This document shows, one piece after another, positions 1-8,310 of a DNA stretch of 32,000 nt (position 1 is the first letter of the stretch; the number at the start of each line of letters is the position of its first letter). A program made the translations under genes and the position numbers. Source of the stretch: Promethearchaeota archaeon. GTDB taxonomy: Archaea; Asgardarchaeota; Lokiarchaeia; Sigyniarchaeales; SOKP01. The notes under the pieces are model-generated. The model saw only the letters and a program-made list of their open reading frames with translations, had not been told where the DNA came from and did no database searches. The DNA is taken from positions 18,602 through 50,601 of the forward strand of contig JAUWGH010000012.1 of NCBI GenBank assembly GCA_030606485.1, written 5' to 3'.

Positions 1-465
1 ACAACCCCCACCACCTCCTGAATGATGAGATAACCCTCCACCGACTGCAGCGGCTAACCCACTTCCAGGACCCATATTACCTGTATAATAACCTTTATCA
101 AACAATCTAGCATTGAGTTGAGACCAATTTATTCCACATTGAACCGTGACGCAATGATTATCTTCATCAATGTCTAAAATTTTATTCATTCTTTTCATAT
201 CTACTAAAATTGTTTCTTCACTAATGGGTTTACTACCTCCCATCAAGCCACAACCACCACCTCTTGGTAAGATTGGGGCTTTATATTTATTGGCAACCCT
301 TACAATTTCAGATACTTGTTCAGTAGATTCTGGTCTTATCACGATTTGTGGGATTATCTCTGGTAGAACTGGATCTAATCCCCTAGAATAAGATATATTT
401 ATGTAATCTTTATCTGAGCAATATTTATTTCCCACAATTTTGGCTAATTCATCATATAAACCCAT
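1..465 (-). CDS. FAD-binding oxidoreductase (FAD_binding_4, GlcD/D-lactate dehydrogenase-like), 3'-truncated by the window edge
   Basis: Not in the ORF track; translated by hand from ATG 465: MGLYDELAKIVGNKYCSDKDYINISYSRGLDPVLPEIIPQIVIRPESTEQVSEIVRVANKYKAPILPRGGGCGLMGGSKP...VDMKRMNKILDIDEDNHCVTVQCG. Shows the family motifs V-x-P-x-S-T-E-Q-V, PRGGG and DMKRMNKILDID. A GAGGGA RBS-like motif lies upstream. Frame is open to base 1. Confidence 0.9.
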   Translation of the reverse strand, partial: MGLYDELAKIVGNKYCSDKDYINISYSRGLDPVLPEIIPQIVIRPESTEQVSEIVRVANKYKAPILPRGGGCGLMGGSKPISEETILVDMKRMNKILDIDEDNHCVTVQCGINWSQLNARLFDKGYYTGNMGPGSGLAAAVGGGLSHHSGGGGGC

Positions 466-606
466 AAAAAATATCCCTCATAACTTAGTTTATTATTAAG
501 TCTAAAAAAATAATTAATTTTTTCTGATAATATAGACTCAGTAAGAATATATATAATATTGTTTTAATTAAATCCTTTATTAAAATTGCTTTTAATCGCT
601 TGTAGC

Positions 607-1824
607 TCAAACAGTGTAGGAATTTGAACAAGAATTATCTATTTTTTTTATAATTTGCATGCATATTTTAAAGACATTAACCAAATTTTTAAAATCTACA
701 TTTTCAATGACGTCATCCCTTGTATGATAAAAAAGTTCTTTTGATGAGTGTGGTATACTACTTATTGAAGTGGTTGCAATATTTTTACGGCTAAAGCTTA
801 ATGAATCCGTATATGCCATTAAAGGGGCTAATCTTACATTTATATTTAACTCTTTAGCGGTATCGTTTATAAGCCCCACAATTTTCTTATCCATTTTCAC
901 TAAGCCAAAAATTTCAGTTGTACTTATTTGAAGTATCCCATTTTTATTTCCCACATTATCAACATTTATTACTATAGCATTTTTAATTTCATCTAAATGG
1001 GATTTAACAAACGCTTTACTTCCTTTAGACCCAATTTCTTCGCATCCATAGGAATTAATCCAAATTTCTACTGAATTAGGCTTATTTTTAGGATGGTTCA
1101 AATTTTTAGCTAATTCATAACATACTGCAGTTCCTGATAGATTATCATTAGCCCCCATAACAGAACGATTTGAAATTATAAAAAATAATTGAATTAAGAT
1201 AATTGGAACACCAGCTATAAATATCCAAAAAAAAAAGAAGTAAATACTAGAAAAGATCACTTGCATTTGAAAAATAATCAAGAAATTCTGAATTAATAAA
1301 ATCACTAATAAAATTACATTTAAAAATAGATTTATTGCAATAATTACCGCAAACCCGGAATGAATTTTTCTAATTAATGAAAATTCCCAATTTGAGTCGA
1401 TATGACTTCCAATAATTATAATTTTTTTTCTCATTTCCTTGGGTTTTATTTTTCCTATAACATTTTGAGAGTTCTTTTTAGAAAAAAAAGGATCAATAAT
1501 TTCTTTAACAAAACACATTTCTCCCCATAAAATTAAAACTGAAATTACTGTAATAATTAAACTTAGCCAGGGGGACAAAAAATAAAAACAGATTCCAATA
1601 ATATACAAAATCATCGGTATTCTAAATGCTGCCTTATATGCTCCGGGATGTGTATAAAATTTTTCAATGGTAATCTTATCACAATACTTTTTGATTGTAT
1701 TATAAAAAAATTTAGACCCCTCTGCTTCTTTCTTAGAGCAAGGTGGGCGCGGTCCTATTTTTTCACAAATTTCGAGAATATAATTTCTCATATCTTTCTC
1801 TAGAACAGCATTTGAATTTTGCAA
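607..1824 (-). CDS. M28 family zinc peptidase with inserted transmembrane segments
   Basis: Metal-ligand motifs GSHIDS, GANDNLSG, GCEEIG, VDNVG and FYHTRDD; two hydrophobic hairpins (about aa 68-105 and 155-218). TTG start. Confidence 0.88.
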   Translation of the reverse strand: MQNSNAVLEKDMRNYILEICEKIGPRPPCSKKEAEGSKFFYNTIKKYCDKITIEKFYTHPGAYKAAFRIPMILYIIGICFYFLSPWLSLIITVISVLILWGEMCFVKEIIDPFFSKKNSQNVIGKIKPKEMRKKIIIIGSHIDSNWEFSLIRKIHSGFAVIIAINLFLNVILLVILLIQNFLIIFQMQVIFSSIYFFFFWIFIAGVPIILIQLFFIISNRSVMGANDNLSGTAVCYELAKNLNHPKNKPNSVEIWINSYGCEEIGSKGSKAFVKSHLDEIKNAIVINVDNVGNKNGILQISTTEIFGLVKMDKKIVGLINDTAKELNINVRLAPLMAYTDSLSFSRKNIATTSISSIPHSSKELFYHTRDDVIENVDFKNLVNVFKICMQIIKKIDNSCSNSYTV

Positions 1825-1976
1825 AATAAAAACCTCTATTAAATATTGATCGAAAATTAATTTAAATTAGGCTTAAGAATGATAATTTATAAGTAATCTA
1901 AAAGTCTTAATCTTTTTTATTGAATAAAATTACTATAATTAGTTAAAAAAATTTTTATACTGATCAGGCTGGGAAA

Positions 1977-2996
1977 ATGTCAAAAGTTTTAATAACTGGT
2001 GCAAATGGATTTATTGGGGCGAATATTGTAAGAGCAGCTTTAAAGAAACGTTATGAAGTTAAAGCATTTGTCAGAAAAACATCAAATTTAATAAACCTTA
2101 GGGATTTAGATATTGATTTTGCTTATGGTGATTTGAGGGATATCAAATCCATAAGTAAAGCAATGGATGATTGTGATTTTATAATTCATGCGGGAGCAAT
2201 TTACATATTTTTACCTATGTGGTTTTGGGCAGATCCTAAAAAAATACAGGCAATATATGATGTGAATGTATGGGCTACAAATAAATTAATGAAAGAAGCA
2301 AAGGAAAAAGGAATTAAAAAAGTAATTTTTACAAGTTCAGAAAGTGCTGTAGGTATGCCATCTGATGGTTCTTTAGGAGATGAAAAACTTTATGCAAAAC
2401 CAAAAGAATTACCTGGTCATTATAAGAGATCAAAGTATTTGGGTGAATTAATAGCACAAAAATGGAATAAAAAGGGATTAACAACTTGTTCTATTCTTCC
2501 AACCGTTCCTATCGGCCCTTATGATATAAAACCTACACCTACTGGCAGGATTATAAGGGATTTCATGAACGGGAAAATGCCGGGTTTTGTTGATACAAGA
2601 TTGAATATTGTTTCTGTTAAAGATGTTGCAATGGCACATGTTCTTGCGATTAAGAATGGAAAAGGAGGAGAACGTTATATTGCAGGAAATAAAAATATGT
2701 CCTTCGGAGATTTCTTACGTTTAATTGCTGATGTTGCAGGAAAAAAAGCTCCAATTTTTATGTTTCCAAAAATTTTAGCGAAAATGTTTGCATTCTTCGA
2801 TGAATTCATCTCGTGTAAAATAAGACATACCGACCCACAAACACCTTTAGAGAGTGTTGCCGCTTCTGAGCATTATCGAGAATTCGATTGTTCTAAAGCA
2901 TGGACCGAGTTGATGATGCCTAGAACAAATTTATATATTGCTATTAGGGAACAAATTGACTGGTTTTATCAAAATGGTTATATAAAAGCTAAGTAA
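1977..2996 (+). CDS. Extended SDR, NAD-dependent epimerase/dehydratase, HpnA/dihydroflavonol reductase-like
   Basis: Rossmann motif TGANGFIG, catalytic YKRSK, and the HpnA-like segment PIGPYDIKPTPTGRIIRDFMNGKMPGFVDTRLNIVSVKDVA. Confidence 0.88.
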   Translation: MSKVLITGANGFIGANIVRAALKKRYEVKAFVRKTSNLINLRDLDIDFAYGDLRDIKSISKAMDDCDFIIHAGAIYIFLPMWFWADPKKIQAIYDVNVWATNKLMKEAKEKGIKKVIFTSSESAVGMPSDGSLGDEKLYAKPKELPGHYKRSKYLGELIAQKWNKKGLTTCSILPTVPIGPYDIKPTPTGRIIRDFMNGKMPGFVDTRLNIVSVKDVAMAHVLAIKNGKGGERYIAGNKNMSFGDFLRLIADVAGKKAPIFMFPKILAKMFAFFDEFISCKIRHTDPQTPLESVAASEHYREFDCSKAWTELMMPRTNLYIAIREQIDWFYQNGYIKAK

Positions 2997-3027
2997 AATA
3001 TTATAGAAATATACTTTTAATAATTTT

Positions 3028-4158
3028 TCATAGTTCATAATGTTTTACTATATCGGCAACCATTTCCACTTTCCTAAAATCAGCATTTGGAGGCAGTTCA
3101 TCAGATACACCTAAAATAAGATTTGGAGAGAACATCTCTAACACTTTTTGAGTATATTTTTTCACATATTTAAATGAGTATAGAGGTAAGAAAATTAAGG
3201 CGGGAATTCCATCAAGAAAAATTTTTTTACCTATGGAATCTTGAATTTCTTCTAAAGTTACATCACCCTGGGGTTTAGCTGTTAGGGCTTCTAAACCGTC
3301 AAATGGTAATCCTTCTAAATATGGAAGTAAATCCTTTAAAGAACCGTCCATATGAATGTGGCAATATTTCCCAACTCTATGAAATTGTTTTACTCGTTTT
3401 TCATAATATGGAATTAGAAACTTTTCAAAATATCTCGGAGGACTTAAATTACAATCAATATTTTCTCCGAAATTAAAAATTTTAATTGGGGAATTGCATA
3501 GAATTTCAAACATATCATCATCACAACCGTCCATAAATTTCATTAAATCTTCCATTTCATTCGGATATCGCCTTAAATTTATAATTGTCCTTTCAAAACC
3601 CATATATTGTGTTATTAAACTCATATAAGGAGAACGAGCAAAATAGGTACCTACAACACCTCTATCTCCAATTATTTTTTTTGCTAACTTAAAAATTGGC
3701 AAATAAAAATGAAATTTTGTATGTTTTATAATATATTTTAAAATTTTCATATCATTAACAGTTTTAACTGGATATTCAACAAGATGCCCTCCTCGACTTT
3801 TTTTATAAAGATTCCCTAATTTAGTTTTATACACGGTGATTAACGTTCCATCCGTTCTATCACGTGCCCATTTAACTCGAATATGTCTTATTTTTTTACG
3901 TGGCCATATTAATGGCAAGTAAAAATTTTCTATAACATATCTTGGACTAGCTTCAAGATAATCAAAAATTCCCAGTAAACTTTTTCTTAAAATATATTTA
4001 GGTATCTTACCAGCACATTTTTTATCAGTTCTTGGTCGCCTCCATAGACGGTTTCCATAGTACCAGTAATAAAGCCTGGGGCTAAATACTATTCTATCAA
4101 TTGTTTTTCGAGAAAATGTGTTTAAAACTCTTTGCCGAAGTGTTAATACTTTTGACAT
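3028..4158 (-). CDS. Uroporphyrinogen decarboxylase / MtaA-CmuA-like TIM-barrel family protein
   Basis: N-terminal RQRVLNTFSRKTIDR; SPYMSL...MGFE; LSPPRYFEKFLIPYYEK; HIHMDGSLKDLLP; C-terminal LILGVSDELPPNA, all typical of URO-D-like proteins. Confidence 0.75.
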   Translation of the reverse strand: MSKVLTLRQRVLNTFSRKTIDRIVFSPRLYYWYYGNRLWRRPRTDKKCAGKIPKYILRKSLLGIFDYLEASPRYVIENFYLPLIWPRKKIRHIRVKWARDRTDGTLITVYKTKLGNLYKKSRGGHLVEYPVKTVNDMKILKYIIKHTKFHFYLPIFKLAKKIIGDRGVVGTYFARSPYMSLITQYMGFERTIINLRRYPNEMEDLMKFMDGCDDDMFEILCNSPIKIFNFGENIDCNLSPPRYFEKFLIPYYEKRVKQFHRVGKYCHIHMDGSLKDLLPYLEGLPFDGLEALTAKPQGDVTLEEIQDSIGKKIFLDGIPALIFLPLYSFKYVKKYTQKVLEMFSPNLILGVSDELPPNADFRKVEMVADIVKHYEL

Positions 4159-4383
4159 AATTAATAACTCACATAACTCAAAAATATGTTTAGTTTTAAA
4201 TTTTATAAATTTTTAATATGAAAAGTTATATTGAAACAAAAAATTAAAAAAAATAAAAAGTAAGGCAAGATCGTTTAATTAAATAGAGCGACTTCAATAG
4301 ATTTTTAAAAGATAACCATTTTTTCAATATTAATTAAAACTGGAAACCTATACTATATTTTAATAATTTAGGTAGAAATATAT

Positions 4384-5454
4384 TTGAAATTATTTGTCAC
4401 TTTATCATATTTTCACAGTAAAATCGGTCCATATATATATTGTTCATTTCCAGAAAAAGCTTTAGATGCCCAATTAATGCGTAAAATTGCAAACCTTATG
4501 GATCACCCACTTGATGAAGGCTTTTTTAATTATAATTTTGAAGATCTTAATTCTATGAATTATTATTTTGAAATTTACTCTGGTTGGGCGCGTGGTGGCA
4601 GACAAATGTTAATGTTATCCGTAATTGTAAATCAAATTGTTACTCAAGAGAGAGAAAAAAATGTTCTATCATGGTTTATTGAAATTATAGAAAAGTTACA
4701 ATCTAATGAAGAGGCCTATAAAGCATTCCATTTATATGAAAAACAAAAATATGATGAGAAAATTCAAAAAAATATTGAAGAAAATGAAAAATTAGTTAAG
4801 AGCTGGTTAAAAGAAATATATTGGGCATCATTAGAGGAATTTCGTGATAAGAGTGAAGAAGAAAAAATAGCATCTGTTTTTAAAGATAAAGAAATCTTTG
4901 ATACTCATGAAAAGCTTTCTATAGGTGCTATTGCATATGATGATTTACAAAAATGGTTTAATGAAAATTTTAAACAATCATTGTTTGATGGCGTAATAAA
5001 AAAATTATTAGATAATCAATTTATTTTGTTAACCGAAATTATCTACGAACAACATATACTCCTTTTAAAAGAAGTTAAAGCTATAAGAATGCCACCAAAA
5101 AGTCTAATAGAGCATTTTGACGAAAGTCCAAAAATTAGTGATCTTGTTGTCCATAAGGTTAAAAAAGTTTTTGATAAATATATTCCAACTAAGGAAGATT
5201 CATTTCAATTATTTCAATTTATTGCAGATCCTAAAATATACAATGTACTTTCAAAACTACGAACAGGTCCTATCTTAAAAAACACCCTACCTAATCTAAT
5301 TTCAGAAAATGCTTTTACTTCATTGCTTGAAATTCTCAAAATTTTGAAAAAACATGAAATTATTGATGAATTTAAATATAAAAGGGAAATTTTTGTTGTT
5401 TTAATAGCTGATATTCAAATTACTACATCCTTTCCTAAATATCTAAGAAAATAA
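4384..5454 (+). CDS. Asgard NPRL2/uDENN-like longin-domain protein with probable C-terminal winged helices
   Basis: N-terminal LSYFHSKIGPYIYCSFP resembles the F-H/D-x-x-x-G-P strand-turn of uDENN/NPR2 longin domains. The C-terminal helix-helix-hairpin repeats look wHTH-like. TTG start. Confidence 0.6.
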   Translation: MKLFVTLSYFHSKIGPYIYCSFPEKALDAQLMRKIANLMDHPLDEGFFNYNFEDLNSMNYYFEIYSGWARGGRQMLMLSVIVNQIVTQEREKNVLSWFIEIIEKLQSNEEAYKAFHLYEKQKYDEKIQKNIEENEKLVKSWLKEIYWASLEEFRDKSEEEKIASVFKDKEIFDTHEKLSIGAIAYDDLQKWFNENFKQSLFDGVIKKLLDNQFILLTEIIYEQHILLLKEVKAIRMPPKSLIEHFDESPKISDLVVHKVKKVFDKYIPTKEDSFQLFQFIADPKIYNVLSKLRTGPILKNTLPNLISENAFTSLLEILKILKKHEIIDEFKYKREIFVVLIADIQITTSFPKYLRK

Positions 5455-5461
5455 TAAAAAT

Positions 5462-6553
5462 CTATGGAACGGTTAAAAAATTTAATAGATTTCTTTGTTT
5501 GAATTTTATCTTAGTATCTAAATTGGATAATTTAATTCCAATAAGACGAATTTTTCTTTTTCCTTTCGAAAATTCCTTAAACAACTCTAAAATAATTTCT
5601 AACGTTTTTTTCTCATTTTGTATAGGAATGAAAAGTGATTTAGATCGAGTAAAAGTAATGAACCCCTGAAATCTAATCTTTAAAGTTATTGTTTTATAGA
5701 AAATATTGTGTTTAATTATTTTTTTATGAATTTTCTTATTGATCTCTTCAAAAGTTTTAAGTATTAATTTAAAATCATCTGTATCTTCAAGAAACGTTTT
5801 TTCTCTACTGATTGATTTTCGTTCCTCTCTAAACTCTTGCACAGGTCTAATATTTAATCCATTTACGATCTCCCAAATCCATTTTCCACTTTTACTAAAT
5901 AGCTCAATCATCTTGGGTAAGGGGATTTTGATGAAATCACCGATTACTTTTATTCCTTTCTCGTTATAGTATTTTTTAGTTATTTTTCCAATCCCGGGAA
6001 TCCTAATAATATCCATATTTTCTAAGAATGATTTTATATTTTCTGGTTCAACTACTGTAATTCCATTGGGTTTATCATGATCTGAACTAATTTTAGCTAA
6101 AGTTTTTGTAGGGGCACAACCAATAGAACATGTAATACTCTCTGATCTATAAATTTCTTCTTTTATATTTTCCGCTATCTCCCTTGCTTCTTTAAAGTCA
6201 GAACATATTTTTGTTATGTCCAAATAGGCTTCATCAGAACCAACTTGTTGGAAAGCTGGTGAATATTTTCTAATAATGCTCATTACATTTTTAGAAACTG
6301 CACTATATTTAGCAAAATTAGGTCGAATAAATATCGCATGAGGACATAATTTGTATGCCTGAGATATTGGTGTAGCTGAATGAATTCTATATCTTCTCGC
6401 CTCATAAGAACACGTGGCTACAACTCCTCTACCCTTTCCCTCTTTAGGATCCGCTCCTACAATAAGGGGTTTTCCTTTATATTCTGGATTATCTCTCGCT
6501 TCAACTGCGGCAAAAAAGCAATCCATATCGATGTGAAAAATAATACGACCCAT
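5462..6553 (-). CDS. dinB: DNA polymerase IV (Y family)
   Basis: HIDMDCFFAAVE, CSYEARRY, GSDEAYLDIT, CSIGCAPTKTLAKISSDHDKPNG, HhH IPGIGK, little-finger KSISREKTF...IRLIGIKLS. Confidence 0.97.
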   Translation of the reverse strand: MGRIIFHIDMDCFFAAVEARDNPEYKGKPLIVGADPKEGKGRGVVATCSYEARRYRIHSATPISQAYKLCPHAIFIRPNFAKYSAVSKNVMSIIRKYSPAFQQVGSDEAYLDITKICSDFKEAREIAENIKEEIYRSESITCSIGCAPTKTLAKISSDHDKPNGITVVEPENIKSFLENMDIIRIPGIGKITKKYYNEKGIKVIGDFIKIPLPKMIELFSKSGKWIWEIVNGLNIRPVQEFREERKSISREKTFLEDTDDFKLILKTFEEINKKIHKKIIKHNIFYKTITLKIRFQGFITFTRSKSLFIPIQNEKKTLEIILELFKEFSKGKRKIRLIGIKLSNLDTKIKFKQRNLLNFLTVP

Positions 6554-6825
6554 TATCTTATTTTATTAGGGCTTTTATTTAAAATAAAATGTAATTAAAA
6601 TGTTTAAATTAAGAGAAATAACATTGAAATTTAAAAAAAAAGACTCAAAGATTTAACTAATTTTCTAATATGTTCTTCAACATCAACCTTTCTTGTAATC
6701 ATCATCTTCAACTTTATAAATCAAATCACAAATAATAATTATTGATTCTAATGTCATTTTTCAGCGTAAATATTAAAAATATGAACATTAATGAATGCTG
6801 TGGTTGGACAAAAAATAAAGGGATT

Positions 6826-8028
6826 TTAATTAATCATTTCTTCAGATTTTTTCCAAGCTTCAGAATTAATTTTTCTAATTCTATTAACAAATTCTTCTTC
6901 AGAAATATTCTCTTCATCAGCTAGGATATCATTTACTTTTTTAATTATTGGGTTTTCAATTTCTTTCGATTTTTTAACAAATTCCTGGTACTCTATTTTG
7001 TTAAAATGATTTTTAAATGGCTTAATAAAATCACTATGTTTACTCCATAACCATTCTGAATCTATTTTATCATTAGGTTTGGGTTCTAAAACTTTTAATC
7101 CTGCTACAGGAAATATATAAGGCTTAAAAACACTTAAACATGGTAACATTGTACCTGTGAACCAATGAATTGATTTCCTCGAATTTGATCTAAGTAAACT
7201 TACCTGACTTCCAGCTGATGGCGTTCCACGGTGCATACACAAACCAACTTTATGCTCTCGTAGAAATTCCATCATCAATGTAGGGGTTATTTTTCCTTTA
7301 TTTTCAGTTAATAGTTGCAAAGATCTACCATCTCGACAAGTAGGTGGAAATTTCTCTGGAATTGGTGCAGCTGAAAAATTTTTAGCAAAGTTAAAATCAT
7401 CATCATCTTTACAATAACCCTTTTCTATAGTATATTGTACTATTCCATCCCTTCTGAAATCACCTTTTCCCCGAATTGATAAATTATTTGAAATAGATCT
7501 TACATCTTTAACTACTTCAACAACCCACCACATATCTGCTGTTTCTAATAAGAAAGCTTCTTTAGGATCAGCAATTAAAAATGAATTATGGTAAGACCAT
7601 CCTTGAGCTCCAAAAGCACAGCTCCCTCCTTGTCCAAATTTTTCTAATAATTTTATGATCATATCAAGTGCTTCTTTTGCTGTTTTACCTCTTTCGAGTC
7701 CTAAACGTAAGAGATCCATTCCTAATAAGCCGGTATCTCTTAATGGTTCCTTAGTAAAAACAGCTTCATTACCAATAACTACACCATATTCATTTGTACC
7801 CATTTCAGCACCATACATCCACCAAGGTTGGCTTAATAATACTGCAGCATTCTCGTTAACTTGAGGAATCGAAATATAGGTGCATTTTAATTCCTCTCCA
7901 ATAGCATGCTTGGTTCTGGGAGAATAGGTAATTAGTTGAGCTTCTGATTGAGGTCTATCACTATTTTTTCCAAAAATCACATCCCCATTTTTAGTACTAT
8001 TTGTTAATGCAAGAAATGTATCACACAT
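6826..8028 (-). CDS. Secernin-like C69 family peptidase (Ntn hydrolase)
   Basis: N-terminal nucleophile MCDT; FGKNSDRP; GAEMGTNEYGVVIGNEAV; LLGMDLLRLGLERGKTAKEA. Confidence 0.9.
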   Translation of the reverse strand: MCDTFLALTNSTKNGDVIFGKNSDRPQSEAQLITYSPRTKHAIGEELKCTYISIPQVNENAAVLLSQPWWMYGAEMGTNEYGVVIGNEAVFTKEPLRDTGLLGMDLLRLGLERGKTAKEALDMIIKLLEKFGQGGSCAFGAQGWSYHNSFLIADPKEAFLLETADMWWVVEVVKDVRSISNNLSIRGKGDFRRDGIVQYTIEKGYCKDDDDFNFAKNFSAAPIPEKFPPTCRDGRSLQLLTENKGKITPTLMMEFLREHKVGLCMHRGTPSAGSQVSLLRSNSRKSIHWFTGTMLPCLSVFKPYIFPVAGLKVLEPKPNDKIDSEWLWSKHSDFIKPFKNHFNKIEYQEFVKKSKEIENPIIKKVNDILADEENISEEEFVNRIRKINSEAWKKSEEMIN

Positions 8029-8036
8029 AATAATTC

Positions 8037-8054
8037 AAATAGAAATAGAAATAG
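8037..8054. repeat. Short tandem repeat (AAATAG)x3 just upstream of the secernin start
   Basis: Read directly: aaatag aaatag aaatag, followed by aaag. Confidence 0.6.
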
Positions 8055-8310
8055 AAAGTAAAAAAAGTTTTATTATTTTAAAAATGGAAATCAAAAAAGA
8101 TAATTTGAAAGAAATAAAATAACTTTCGATTTTTTCAAATGCTTTTCTAATCAATTTAGGATAGAATCTAAAATTATTTACATTAGATTGAATTTTCTTG
8201 TAGAAATTTAATACTTAATGCGAATTAATAGTTATTTAAAATTAGGTTTAAGAACAATAAAATTATAATTAATTTATTATTACAATTGAAAAATCTTATT
8301 AAAATATGAA

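Noticed and set aside
170-391. 73-aa + strand ORF
   Set aside because: Antisense shadow of the FAD-oxidoreductase gene at 1..465 (-).
607-1824. M28 protein as a nicastrin-like partner of the presenilin
   Set aside because: Nicastrin is an inactive, single-pass, signal-peptide-bearing M28-fold protein. This one keeps all catalytic ligands, is multi-pass and lies 20 kb away.
5739-6924. Short + strand ORFs 5739..5969, 6380..6598 and 6742..6924
   Set aside because: Antisense to dinB or secernin; no motifs.
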